From the IMG/VR virus record IMGVR_UViG_3300029959_000011, positions 4,978-68,977 of that record: a stretch of DNA of 64,000 bases. One strand, 5' to 3'. Position numbers and translations under genes: made by a program. Source of the stretch: a virus. Taxonomy: Duplodnaviria > Caudoviricetes. The notes beneath the pieces are model-generated. The model did no database searches, was not told the DNA's origin, and saw only the letters and a list, made by a program, of their open reading frames with translations. Below are positions 47,012-56,564 of the stretch, in pieces. The first letter of the stretch is position 1. Every line of letters starts with the position of its first letter.

Positions 47012-47305
47012 TTAATGTCCTATCATTATTTGCTGTTTTCTTGGATAATACGGCTCGTGCCAACTTAGTGTATCACTTAAGAATATACAACTATCCATAG
47101 AGATTTTATTGTTTGTTCTGATCTCGATTTCCGGTTTGTATTCTTTCAATCTGTCTAAAACTATTTTCTCAACTTTGCCTGCTTCAGATATGCTTTCGGT
47201 TTCGATTGTGATTGTAAGCTCGTAACTTTTAGCTATTACGAACACAAATGCAAGTAATAAAATTATTAGTCGCATAAATACTCCTTTATTTATTTTCTTC
47301 GTCAA
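47012..47305 (-). CDS. Hypothetical protein with signal-like N-terminus
   Basis: MRLIILLLAFVFVIAKS. Confidence 0.45.
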   Translation of the reverse strand: MTKKINKGVFMRLIILLLAFVFVIAKSYELTITIETESISEAGKVEKIVLDRLKEYKPEIEIRTNNKISMDSCIFLSDTLSWHEPYYPRKQQIMIGH

Positions 47306-47555
47306 ATTCTTCTTTAGTTATTGTTGGCAGTAATAGACTTAATTGATTCAGGTCGTCATGTAGTGTATCTAAACTTTCTTCCAATTCTACTATTCGCCTT
47401 GCTAATATTATCACGCTATTTTGATAAGATGTGTCTTCCCAGAATTTATAATCAATTTCATTCTCATTAGTATATTCGGGATCACCATATCCAGCATCAA
47501 TAGCTAATAATCTAATTACTTGTTTTACTTCTTTGGATTCGGTTTCGTATTTCAT
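47286..47555 (-). CDS. Hypothetical protein
   Basis: RBS AGGAG. Confidence 0.5.
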   Translation of the reverse strand: MKYETESKEVKQVIRLLAIDAGYGDPEYTNENEIDYKFWEDTSYQNSVIILARRIVELEESLDTLHDDLNQLSLLLPTITKEEFDEENK

Positions 47556-47568
47556 TGTTGCTCCTTAT

Positions 47569-47841
47569 TTATTTTTCTGTAAAATCCTTTTTAGTTACCC
47601 ATCCCCATCCATTATCTCTTATATTCATTACTATAATAGTTCCATTTGGTATATCGGGGTCGAATCGGTTTTTATATTGTTGTATATTAAAGAATCTGTT
47701 TGCTATATTAAAAGTATGCTCATTCATATAAAAATAATTATTTTCAGTATCGTATTCTTTATAAAACTTTTTAATACTTTTTTTCATTTTTTGTTTATTT
47801 CTTATAAATTTTATAAGATATTTCATGTCAATATTAAACAT
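47569..47841 (-). CDS. Hypothetical, very AT-rich gene
   Basis: RBS AGGAG; conspicuously AT-rich. Confidence 0.45.
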   Translation of the reverse strand: MFNIDMKYLIKFIRNKQKMKKSIKKFYKEYDTENNYFYMNEHTFNIANRFFNIQQYKNRFDPDIPNGTIIVMNIRDNGWGWVTKKDFTEK

Positions 47842-47850
47842 TTCATCTCC

Positions 47851-48759
47851 TTAATATTCAATATCATCATCTTCTTCACCACTCAATACTTCACTTACTA
47901 ATTCAGGCAATGTCACTTCGCCAAGCATACCTGCCTTTTTCAGTACCCAATACGGAGTTTCGGGCTTTGCAAATATATCGTCAATATAATCCATATAGCC
48001 TTTAATATGTTTCGTTTTATTGTAGTCAATTATGCGTTCTAATGCCTTAAAGTAATCACGCCTGCCCACTTCTATCCAATCCTCATTCAGTTCCATTATA
48101 AAACAGTCAAATGGCTCGGTTTTCTCTACAAACATAAAATAGAACGGCTTTCTTATTCCGGTAACTGCCTCATATACATCAATATACCACGCTGCCTGTA
48201 TGTCATACCGAAAATTCTCGATTGCCTTAATGCACGCCTGCTCGCTTGCTGATTTGCAGGTTTTTAAATCCCACAATCCTAACGCATTATCTATGTCAGG
48301 TCTGCATTTGGCTGACACACCATTGAACTCATCTATCAAGTAGGACTGTTCAAATGTACTGCAAGCCATGATTTCCCGTACAGGGAAGCGACCTCCTTTA
48401 GTATAGCTTAATAATGATTCACGCATACCCTCCATCCGCTCAAGATTGTCTGATTTGACTAATTCCCTACTGCCTGCTATTATTTTATGGTTAGCGAGCC
48501 ATTGTTTATTTTTGCCTTCTGTCATTGTACTATCAGGATTAGGTCGTTCGCTCATTTCAATAAAATAATATTCACGCTCGTAATTTGCAGGCTCTAAGAA
48601 GAAGCTATGAAACATTGTGCCGAATTTCTGATCGGTTGTCGGCTCTCCATGAGGCTTAAGATATTCCTTAATTGATTTATACGCATTTCTTACTTTAGAA
48701 CTGCCCTCATATTTAGTCATTCCGTGATATTCAGCATTACTTATTGTCAGAATTGGCAT
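47851..48759 (-). CDS. PD-(D/E)XK exonuclease (RecE/ExoVIII-like, DUF3799-type)
   Basis: YH..SS, FGTMFH, KCRPD..DLKT, YDIQAAWY, FMFVEK. Confidence 0.85.
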   Translation of the reverse strand: MPILTISNAEYHGMTKYEGSSKVRNAYKSIKEYLKPHGEPTTDQKFGTMFHSFFLEPANYEREYYFIEMSERPNPDSTMTEGKNKQWLANHKIIAGSRELVKSDNLERMEGMRESLLSYTKGGRFPVREIMACSTFEQSYLIDEFNGVSAKCRPDIDNALGLWDLKTCKSASEQACIKAIENFRYDIQAAWYIDVYEAVTGIRKPFYFMFVEKTEPFDCFIMELNEDWIEVGRRDYFKALERIIDYNKTKHIKGYMDYIDDIFAKPETPYWVLKKAGMLGEVTLPELVSEVLSGEEDDDIEY

Positions 48760-48970
48760 TACTTTCTCCTTTAATATAATTCATATATTGGCTTGTAAGT
48801 ATTGTATTTACTGTTTTCTCAATTCGTCTTAATTGATTGCCTACGATAGTAGATTCAATTAGCAGAAACAAAATAATAGCCTGCAAGTAATATCCTAAAT
48901 ATATACTTGCCAAAAAACCTGCTATCATCATAATCGCTATAATTGCTCCTATAAAACGAAAAATCGTCAT
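48737..48970 (-). CDS. Small membrane protein
   Basis: Two hydrophobic helices. Confidence 0.45.
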   Translation of the reverse strand: MTIFRFIGAIIAIMMIAGFLASIYLGYYLQAIILFLLIESTIVGNQLRRIEKTVNTILTSQYMNYIKGESNANSDNK

Positions 48971-49191
48971 TTAGTCATACTCCTATTATATTTATCGAGT
49001 ATTTGTTCGGCTGTCATATTGTCTGATAATGTTAGCAAGTTATTAGATAGAGCAAATTCGATTATATTATAGAAAGCGCACCTGCGTTCCTCAAGCATAA
49101 TGTCGGCCAATTCGCTCATTTCCTCTATTGTCCTGCCTTTCATTAAAAATTGCGTGAATCTGCCTTTACGCTCAGTTGTCATTTCGTGCAT
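48967..49191 (-). CDS. Hypothetical protein
   Basis: RBS AGGAG. Confidence 0.45.
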   Translation of the reverse strand: MHEMTTERKGRFTQFLMKGRTIEEMSELADIMLEERRCAFYNIIEFALSNNLLTLSDNMTAEQILDKYNRSMTK

Positions 49192-49560
49192 TATTACTCC
49201 TTAATTACTTGTTTGCTTTTTTCGATTATAGCTTCTAAATTTTAAAACCCTTTTTCTTAAAGTATTCAATTAAAAACTTATCTATTTCTTTTAACGATTC
49301 CATTATTCATCTCCTCGTATTTAATTTATTCGTAAAAATCAGTACCGTCATCATGCTCTTCAAACCAATAATCATCTTGCCATTTGCCTTCAAGCCATGC
49401 GACTAAAAATGTTGAAAATATTATTATTGCTGTTAAAATTATTACTGTTAAAATTATTTCCATATAAACTCCAAAATCAAAAAGAACAACATAGCTATAG
49501 CACAAAAACATAAACATACAATCCATGCTATATATACGAATTTTCTATCTTTATCTATGC

Positions 49561-50133
49561 TCATTTGCATTCCTGATTTTTAATAAAACAATTTATTTCT
49601 TCATCAAGTTTTTCGTGCAGTGATTTTGATAATTCTTCTATCGTTTCATAAAGCGAATCAACATGAATTGCATTATCGAATTTCATATATTCATCCGCAG
49701 TTCCAATCCTTGCTTTGCATTGTTCGCATTCACAATAATTGGCATAATCACCGAAAATGTTTTTAATAACTACTTTTCGCAAGCTAATACCATTTGTTGA
49801 TCTATTATAATAATAGGTATTACCTACAATAATAGATTTCTTGCCTTCCAACATTTCTTTATGGTATTTTTCTCCAAAGGCTTGAAGTTCTAAGTAACTT
49901 AAATTTTCTGATTTCATCGTTTCTTTGTTTTCAGTCAATTTCATTATATAGTCAACTATTTCGATTGTAACCCTTTCGTCATCGAATCTGTCAACTATAT
50001 ATGAAGCATTTTCGTCATCATCGGCATCGTCGTCAAATTCATAATTTTCAAAATAACCAGAAGCAATGATACTTGCGATTTCATTTGATATTTGCTCTTT
50101 AGTTGGTGTGATTTTTTCATTTGGATTAGTCAT
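49561..50133 (-). CDS. Hypothetical acidic protein
   Basis: RBS AGGAG; downstream of boxed promoter. Confidence 0.55.
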   Translation of the reverse strand: MTNPNEKITPTKEQISNEIASIIASGYFENYEFDDDADDDENASYIVDRFDDERVTIEIVDYIMKLTENKETMKSENLSYLELQAFGEKYHKEMLEGKKSIIVGNTYYYNRSTNGISLRKVVIKNIFGDYANYCECEQCKARIGTADEYMKFDNAIHVDSLYETIEELSKSLHEKLDEEINCFIKNQECK

Positions 50134-50159
50134 CGTTTCTTCTCCTTTAATTTTCTTGC

Positions 50160-50202
50160 AATATACTACGGATTTCGTAGGATTGCTATGATTTTTGTCA
50201 TA
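50160..50202 (-). promoter_or_regulatory. Palindromic box plus promoter
   Basis: TATGACAAAAATCATA overlapping TAGCAA-17-TATATT. Confidence 0.65.
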
Positions 50203-50249
50203 TAATAGCTATTTGTCCAGTTTTTTGTGCATTTTACTGGACATTTTGG

Positions 50250-50549
50250 CTATGTTTTCGTGTAAGTCCACCCGTAATTGAAACACCACTCTTCAGCTAT
50301 TTTAGCCAAATTGCTTTTATTTCTCGAATAATGGCTTAATTGGTAATATTCGCCTTTAGGTAATTCTTTTAAGAATGAAATCAGCCATTGTTTAAATTCG
50401 TTTTCCTGCTCTTTAGTCCACGAATAGAGCATAAACCATCTTGATTCTGCGCTTGTAAAATCTAATTTCTCAAAATCTGCATTAACAATCTCGCATTGTT
50501 TCTTCAAGATTACTGTTCTCAACTCTAAGCAAGTGCGTATTTTATCCAT
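50250..50549 (-). CDS. Hypothetical protein
   Basis: Trp-rich phage-like ORF. Confidence 0.5.
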   Translation of the reverse strand: MDKIRTCLELRTVILKKQCEIVNADFEKLDFTSAESRWFMLYSWTKEQENEFKQWLISFLKELPKGEYYQLSHYSRNKSNLAKIAEEWCFNYGWTYTKT

Positions 50550-50591
50550 AATTTAGTCCTTTAGTTTATTTTAATCCTTATAAATATACTT

Positions 50592-51017
50592 TTAGTCTAT
50601 TTTAGTACATTTATTTAAACTATCCATTAACTCCTTGTATGTCTGCTGTATCTGTCTAAACATCCAAGCCTGCAAATAGGCATGTGGCTCTTGATTGTCT
50701 ATGTCTGGCTTACTGCCAAGACCGTCTAATAATTCGGTAGTAGCATGGTAGCTTTCATGCACGAAATCGGCATCCGATATATTCTTCTTAGGATTGAATA
50801 CTACGAAGAAAACAGTTCTTAAATGCCCATTGATTTTCTTGTCTAAATTAGTCTGGAATGCAAATAAGTCCGGCACATTAACATCGCATTTGTTTTTCTT
50901 ATTGAACTCCTTAGTATCATCGCAAATACATACTTCGAGAAAACTGTCGTAAATTGGTATGTTTATCCGTTTCGACTTATACATTAGTCGCCTCTTTAAT
51001 AAATTCAATATTAACAT
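50592..51017 (-). CDS. Hypothetical protein with HExxH motif
   Basis: FVHESYHA..EPHAYL; start probably MYKSKR. Confidence 0.5.
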   Translation of the reverse strand: MLILNLLKRRLMYKSKRINIPIYDSFLEVCICDDTKEFNKKNKCDVNVPDLFAFQTNLDKKINGHLRTVFFVVFNPKKNISDADFVHESYHATTELLDGLGSKPDIDNQEPHAYLQAWMFRQIQQTYKELMDSLNKCTKID

Positions 51018-51321
51018 CCATTACATAACTTTCTATCGCCTCTATATCTAAAGGAATACGATTCCGATAGCTTATCTCCATTTCGCCCTTCTCAAGCATT
51101 TTTAACGACCATTTACACTGCTCTTTAGTTTCATAGCCCATACAGAATATCAGATTGTCTGTACCTCTGATTCCTTCTTTTAAATCTATTATGCTGTATA
51201 GAACCGATTTGACTGCATTGAATGGTTTGGTACATATAATAAATCTATCATTAAAGCATTGCACTGTATAGCGTTTCTGCTCTGCTTTAAATTTTATTTT
51301 CGTTCCTTCGTGTATATACAT
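50977..51321 (-). CDS. Hypothetical protein
   Basis: RBS GAGG; follows TTGACA promoter. Confidence 0.55.
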   Translation of the reverse strand: MYIHEGTKIKFKAEQKRYTVQCFNDRFIICTKPFNAVKSVLYSIIDLKEGIRGTDNLIFCMGYETKEQCKWSLKMLEKGEMEISYRNRIPLDIEAIESYVMDVNIEFIKEATNV

Positions 51322-51335
51322 TCTTACCTCAATTC

Positions 51336-51364
51336 AATTTACGCAATTTTTAATAATTTGTCAA
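51336..51364 (-). promoter_or_regulatory. sigma70-type promoter
   Basis: TTGACA-17-TAAATT. Confidence 0.65.
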
Positions 51365-51390
51365 ATATTATTTATTTCATATTGCGAATT

Positions 51391-51924
51391 TTATCGAATT
51401 ACCAACGATCCGCAAATTCCCTCCAATTCCTCGTATTCAACTAATAGACCGCAATTTGGTTTATTCTCTTTATTGATTGTATATTTAGCTATGTCTTTAT
51501 GATAGCCTGTAATATAATATTCGCCTTTAGGATATTTCGACATCATTAAATCCTTTTTAACAAACACTCTATCGCCTATTTTATATTTCGGCTGTATATT
51601 ATGCGCTTTGACCCATGTTCTTACATTTTCCTCTATTTTATCCCGTCTGAAATGATCTATATCGTCAAGCCAGTTAATAAAATCACCTGTAAAATTATAA
51701 TCAGCATTATAGCTATTATCCATACCCTTTGCTATCTCAAATCCGCTGTCGTGCCAATTAGCGTCTTTCAAATCTATTATTATTTCCGCAGGATCGCTAT
51801 TCGACCAGTCTTCAGCAATTATCTCATCTGCCATTTCTTTGTATATTTGAGTTAATTGCTCATCTGTTAAAAACTCAGGTCGTTCCTTATTAAATATTTC
51901 TCGCTCTTCAAATAATTTATCCAT
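51391..51924 (-). CDS. Hypothetical protein
   Basis: RBS AGGAG. Confidence 0.55.
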   Translation of the reverse strand: MDKLFEEREIFNKERPEFLTDEQLTQIYKEMADEIIAEDWSNSDPAEIIIDLKDANWHDSGFEIAKGMDNSYNADYNFTGDFINWLDDIDHFRRDKIEENVRTWVKAHNIQPKYKIGDRVFVKKDLMMSKYPKGEYYITGYHKDIAKYTINKENKPNCGLLVEYEELEGICGSLVIR

Positions 51925-52075
51925 TTCTTGCTCCTTTTGATAATTTGATTTTTTTTTTGCATCATACCTCCGTTTTTTAGGGTTATTACACTGCTTCTAA
52001 ATTACTATTATTTCAAGATTTTGGATAAGGTCGAAAAGGCTGTATTTCCTTTTTCCCGTTGTTGTGCGAAATAAC

Positions 52076-52897
52076 TTAACATTCGGTTTTCTCTTCCTGA
52101 ACAAATAGGTTATTTAACAGCGGATGCAGTCTTTTCTTAATGATTTGACAGTATTCTTCACTGATTTCACTGCCTATGTAGTTTCGATTAGAAGCAATCG
52201 CAGCTTTCGCAGTAGTTCCGCTACCCATAAACGGATCGTAAACTAAATCACCCTCGTTACTCCAGCTTATTATATGATCATAAGCAAGCCTTTCAGGAAA
52301 TATTGCAGGGTGTTCAAAGGCAACGCTGTCTTTTGTTGTATGGGATCCTCCTGAATTATAATGCCATATATTATACTTTATTTTTGTTTCTTTAACAGTC
52401 ATAGTATTCCGGCGGGTCCTAAATGCAGAATTTTGAGACCGACTTCCTTTTTCTGTCTCTGGCCGGTCGAGTGAATTTCCATAGTATTGACATTTTTCAA
52501 GCATTGGATTAAATGTATTCGGTTTGCCTTTGCTTAACACGAACATATACTCAAAATTCTGCTCATACCTGTTATGATTTAATGGCATTTTATCTGTAGC
52601 ATATATCATTGTATCGTGCAAATTAAATCCGATTTCCTTAAAATACAAGGCTTGCTTAAAACTCGTTCCTGATTCGCTTCCGTTTATGGTAGCATCTCCG
52701 ACCACCCAGACCACAACTCCGCCATGTTTTGTTACTCTGTATAATTCTCTTGCGACTGCTTCAAAATCGAAACTAAAGCCGTTGTAAACTCTAAGATTAT
52801 CGTAAGGTGGGCTTGTTACTGTCAAATCTATAAACGCATCAGGCATCCGCTTCATAGTGTCGAGATTGCTTTCGCAGTATATCTTATTTATCTCCAT
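52076..52897 (-). CDS. Beta-class DNA methyltransferase (SPPY, likely N4-cytosine)
   Basis: DLTVTSPPY, HPAIFP, VYDPFMGSGTT. Confidence 0.9.
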   Translation of the reverse strand: MEINKIYCESNLDTMKRMPDAFIDLTVTSPPYDNLRVYNGFSFDFEAVARELYRVTKHGGVVVWVVGDATINGSESGTSFKQALYFKEIGFNLHDTMIYATDKMPLNHNRYEQNFEYMFVLSKGKPNTFNPMLEKCQYYGNSLDRPETEKGSRSQNSAFRTRRNTMTVKETKIKYNIWHYNSGGSHTTKDSVAFEHPAIFPERLAYDHIISWSNEGDLVYDPFMGSGTTAKAAIASNRNYIGSEISEEYCQIIKKRLHPLLNNLFVQEEKTEC

Positions 52898-52914
52898 TAA
52901 AACCTCATTATTCC

Positions 52915-53049
52915 TTCGCATAACAATTGAAAAATGCAGGGTCTATTATTGCATCGTTCATCTGTCTGTCTTTATTTGGTATTTTCAACTCATTATTTCT
53001 TTTCACCTTGCGCATAGTTCCCTCTTTTTTCAGTTTTCCGTTGATCGAA
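52915..53049 (-). mobile_element. attC-like site between the two methyltransferase genes
   Basis: Minus strand TTCGATCAAC..TGAAAAAAGAGGG..CCCTGCATTTTTCA-ATT-GTTATGCGAA. Confidence 0.55.
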
Positions 53050-53071
53050 ATACTTAACGATAATTGAGACT

Positions 53072-53857
53072 TCATAGGTTAAACAACCTTTCCGTTTGAG
53101 AATTTGCGAATTGTTGTATTCGGTTTCTTGCAATTTCACAGTATTTTGCCTCTTTTTCTATCAAGATATATTTGCGATTTGTTTCCAAACAAGCCAATCC
53201 GGTCGTGCCACTTCCAGCACAGTTATCGAGAACGATCTCGCCTTCGTTGGTATAGGTGCGGATAAGATACTTGAAAAGTTCAACAGGCTTTTGTGTGGGA
53301 TGTTGCGTGCCGTTTCTTTTATCGTCTTTATTGATGTGTAATATATTAGTTGGATACTTATACCATTGTTCGGCTTTTGATTTTCTTATTATCAAATTAT
53401 TCCGATGATTCTGAATATTATTACCCCAACTTTTACTGTCGTTTTTGCGATAACATTTCTTGTATTCGTCTTCAGTTCTTTTTGTCATTACTGGGTAATA
53501 CTTAACCTTATTTATTCCAAATACTAAAACATCTTCATTCGCTTTCATTGGCATATATTGAGCGCCGAACGCTCCTGTCGGCCTATTTTTTATCCACTGC
53601 CATTGATGCTTAAACATTTTCGGATTACTCATCACCAAAGCCGAAGTAAAAGGCTGGCTTGCTGTCAATACAATAGCCCCGTTGTCTTTTATTATCCGCT
53701 TATACTGCGCCCAAAGTGGCTCAAACGGAATTATTACATCCCACTTACACGCAGTAGTACCGTAAGGCAAATCGCATAAAATCATATCTACTGATTTATC
53801 TGGAATCAGAGGCATTACCTCTAAGCAGTCACCTTGATATACTTGATTTAATTCCAT
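53072..53857 (-). CDS. Beta-class DNA methyltransferase (DLPY, likely N6-adenine)
   Basis: MILCDLPYG, HPTQKPV, VLDNCAGSGTT. Confidence 0.9.
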   Translation of the reverse strand: MELNQVYQGDCLEVMPLIPDKSVDMILCDLPYGTTACKWDVIIPFEPLWAQYKRIIKDNGAIVLTASQPFTSALVMSNPKMFKHQWQWIKNRPTGAFGAQYMPMKANEDVLVFGINKVKYYPVMTKRTEDEYKKCYRKNDSKSWGNNIQNHRNNLIIRKSKAEQWYKYPTNILHINKDDKRNGTQHPTQKPVELFKYLIRTYTNEGEIVLDNCAGSGTTGLACLETNRKYILIEKEAKYCEIARNRIQQFANSQTERLFNL

Positions 53858-54033
53858 TTGCAAATTCTCCTCAATTATCTATACTTCGTTCAACAACGGC
53901 AAAATGACATAAAAACAACCTACTCATTTGACTGGGAATATTATTTGTTGTATTCTGTTCATGCTGATTTACGCTCCGTTTTACGCTTTTAGCCTGTGAC
54001 CGATAAAACCATAAGCCTAAAAATTATAAGCTC

Positions 54034-54270
54034 TTAGGTTATTAGTTCTACAAATATTTCTATTTGAGTTTCTATATACTTTTTTGCATCGTGGATTGGT
54101 AGCTTATTTATTAAATTTTCGTTAATTAAAAAGCGCAAGCTGCCACCAAACATGTGATAAGCGACACATTTTTTCTTATAATGAGAAAATCTTATTAACT
54201 CTCTCTCATATTCGTCTATTAATGTCGAACTATCTTTTCCGTCAATCCACTTGCATTTATCTTTTACCAT
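54034..54270 (-). CDS. Hypothetical protein
   Basis: RBS GGAG. Confidence 0.5.
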   Translation of the reverse strand: MVKDKCKWIDGKDSSTLIDEYERELIRFSHYKKKCVAYHMFGGSLRFLINENLINKLPIHDAKKYIETQIEIFVELIT

Positions 54271-54341
54271 ACTTTCACTCCGCTTATAATTTTCTTTACG
54301 GCTTCCGGGTTATATCAACGGCAAACAGAAAGCTATATCCT

Positions 54342-54791
54342 TTAAATGATTTCGTCATTTTCGGTATCATCAGATTCGCCTTTACCGTCAGATTCTTCTT
54401 TCTCAATATATTCATCATTCTCGCTTATATCCTCCAAATCGTCATCAAGCACATTTGCTATATCCTTTAATTCATTTGATTTACTTATGGATTCGTCAGA
54501 TATAATAGTTTTAACAGGCTCAATAACAGGATCAGTGGTCTTAGCAGGTTTGACAATTTTCGCAATCTCAGTAGTTTTCGTAATCTCAGTAGTTTTCGCT
54601 ATTTCGCCTTTCTTATCCGCTAATATAGTAAATTCGATTGTAATTTTATACTCGAATTTATCGCCTTTCCTGAAATGAGCATTACGCAGATTATTATAGC
54701 TTTCTCCAAAATAGTTTGCCGCTTCGTTCATTGTATTAAATTGGAAAATTACAGCATTGTTTGATTTGTTATTAGCTATTACTTTTTTCAT
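54342..54791 (-). CDS. NUMOD1-like HTH protein with acidic tail
   Basis: FNTMNEAANYFG; C-terminal D/E-rich low complexity. Confidence 0.45.
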   Translation of the reverse strand: MKKVIANNKSNNAVIFQFNTMNEAANYFGESYNNLRNAHFRKGDKFEYKITIEFTILADKKGEIAKTTEITKTTEIAKIVKPAKTTDPVIEPVKTIISDESISKSNELKDIANVLDDDLEDISENDEYIEKEESDGKGESDDTENDEII

Positions 54792-54901
54792 TTGACTGCT
54801 CCTTTACATCCTTACATTCCTTTATAGTATTACAAGTATATAATTCACATCCGCATATATAATTGGGATCATTATACTCGCATTCTTTATTTATACAGCG
54901 A

Positions 54902-55093
54902 TTAGGTCTGTTTGTCATATTTGCCTTCCTTTACTTTATTTGCCATTTTTAGCCTGCTTTCCTTATTGCACAGATAACTGCTTTGCGTTATTTGCGTATA
55001 GAAGCAATGCCAGCACATCAGACCTTCTGGACATTCTCCTTTAGCCTTAATTACGCTATCTGATTGATTCCGCATTTCTTCCTTTGTAAGCAT
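54902..55093 (-). CDS. Small Cys-rich protein
   Basis: CPEGLMCWHC..C. Confidence 0.45.
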   Translation of the reverse strand: MLTKEEMRNQSDSVIKAKGECPEGLMCWHCFYTQITQSSYLCNKESRLKMANKVKEGKYDKQT

Positions 55094-55108
55094 TTTATTA
55101 ACTCCTGT

Positions 55109-55151
55109 AATTTAGCTTAATTATTAACTTTCTGCAATGATTTTTGTCATA
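55109..55151 (-). promoter_or_regulatory. Palindromic box plus promoter
   Basis: TATGACAAAAATCATT overlapping TTGCAG-17-TAAATT. Confidence 0.65.
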
Positions 55152-55163
55152 CAATTCAATCTT

Positions 55164-55367
55164 TTAATCCAATTCCTTTAATATGTCGAATGCTTCACCG
55201 ATCTCGTTTATTACTTTGCTTAATTGCGTGATTAAGCACCGTTTCCAGCAGTCTGGCTTGCTGTCAAGTAGAGCGTATTGCTCCTCATCAGACAAGTCCT
55301 CAAAGCATACATTCTCGCCTTTTTCCGTTCTGACATATATGCCTGATAAATTACGCCTTGTTTTCAT
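55164..55367 (-). CDS. Hypothetical protein
   Basis: RBS AGGAG. Confidence 0.5.
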   Translation of the reverse strand: MKTRRNLSGIYVRTEKGENVCFEDLSDEEQYALLDSKPDCWKRCLITQLSKVINEIGEAFDILKELD

Positions 55368-55378
55368 ACTAATCTCCT

Positions 55379-55588
55379 TTAGTTTTTTGTTATTTTAGAT
55401 ACTTGTCTTACTTCAGATACTTCGTATTTTCGCCATTGCCCCATGCCGTAACTTGCAATAGTGCCTACTTCCTGCATATTACCTAAATGTTTTAGGCAAT
55501 CTTGATAATCTTCTTCATTATCAGCTCGAACACTTACTTTATAAGTTACTTCGACTATTGCATTTATTTTCCATTCTGATTCTGTCAT
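55379..55588 (-). CDS. Hypothetical protein
   Basis: RBS AGGAG. Confidence 0.5.
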   Translation of the reverse strand: MTESEWKINAIVEVTYKVSVRADNEEDYQDCLKHLGNMQEVGTIASYGMGQWRKYEVSEVRQVSKITKN

Positions 55589-55589
55589 A

Positions 55590-55916
55590 CTAATCTCCTT
55601 TAGTCTGTTTAAATATTTCCTGCCTGTGCCTTCTTGTTTGCTTTACCGCTTCTGAATGCTCTTTCCGATTGTAATATATTTTATAGCCTCCTCTTTCATA
55701 ATATGTTTCTTTTGCCCGTTCTAACCGTTCTGGGAATAGAATGAATTGGATTAACCGCTTATCTACTTTATACTCTCTTGCTAAGCCTCTTATCGAATAC
55801 AAGCCAGTCAAATATTTAGTTACTATATCTAACCTGTCCTGATCGCTTAATTTAATCCTTCTATCCTTTTTAATTGATTTAAGCGTTATCCCGTTTGTTT
55901 CGTGCTTGTAAGGCAT
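55590..55916 (-). CDS. HTH DNA-binding protein
   Basis: KLSDQDRLDIVTKY..SIRGLAREYKVDKRLIQFIL; start corrected to MPYKH. Confidence 0.6.
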   Translation of the reverse strand: MPYKHETNGITLKSIKKDRRIKLSDQDRLDIVTKYLTGLYSIRGLAREYKVDKRLIQFILFPERLERAKETYYERGGYKIYYNRKEHSEAVKQTRRHRQEIFKQTKGD

Positions 55917-55947
55917 ATTTACTCCTTTAGATGATTTTGCAATTTCG

Positions 55948-56139
55948 CTATTCTTCCTTGTAATCCTTATCGAATTTTCCTTCCTGATCCAACTTATACC
56001 CATCAAATATTACCCACAATACTACTATACAACTCGCTAAGTAAATAAATACACTTGTCATTGTCGGTTCAGCCATCAGCAGAGTAATTACTATTGCTAC
56101 TAATCCGCCTATAAGTAAAAATCCTTTAATTGCTTTCAT
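55948..56139 (-). CDS. Small two-TM membrane protein
   Basis: Two hydrophobic helices; RBS GGAG. Confidence 0.5.
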   Translation of the reverse strand: MKAIKGFLLIGGLVAIVITLLMAEPTMTSVFIYLASCIVVLWVIFDGYKLDQEGKFDKDYKEE

Positions 56140-56383
56140 TGGAAGCTCCTTTGATTAGTTCAAACGATGTTTTAACACTCCAGCTCTGTAATGCAGGATT
56201 ATAATAACCTATTTGTATCCTTCTTGCATTTTTCACATTCTTACCATGCTTTCCGATCTCACTCACAGGCATTGCCCATATAGAACAACATACTTCACTA
56301 TCCTTTTTAGCGTCAATGCTTATTCTCGTATATTCTGGGCATTGCGCCTGGATGTCGGCTATTATCTGTTTTTTAGTTTTCAT
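56126..56383 (-). CDS. Hypothetical protein
   Basis: RBS AGGAG. Confidence 0.5.
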   Translation of the reverse strand: MKTKKQIIADIQAQCPEYTRISIDAKKDSEVCCSIWAMPVSEIGKHGKNVKNARRIQIGYYNPALQSWSVKTSFELIKGASNESN

Positions 56384-56564
56384 TTTTAGCTCCTTGTTTT
56401 ACAAGTACACATTTACTTTCATTGTAGCAATGCTCCGATGTATTCTTGCATTTATGGGCTTTCCCATGATCGCACCATGATTTTTTCCTGCAATTCTCAG
56501 CATTACTGCAAATATATAGTTTTTCGTTTTTCATTTCACACCGTCCTTTAATTTAATTTATCCT

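Noticed and set aside
54034-54325. A third cassette in the methyltransferase array
   Set aside because: TTTGCCGTTG recurs upstream of the gene, but no complementary core was found after its stop; left unsupported.
2488-54678. Numerous antisense or alternate-frame ORFs in the track (e.g. 2488-2856, 6567-6902, 23000-23413, 24882-25373, 33667-34320, 45836-46251, 54346-54678)
   Set aside because: They shadow well-supported genes, lack RBSs and show antisense-type composition.
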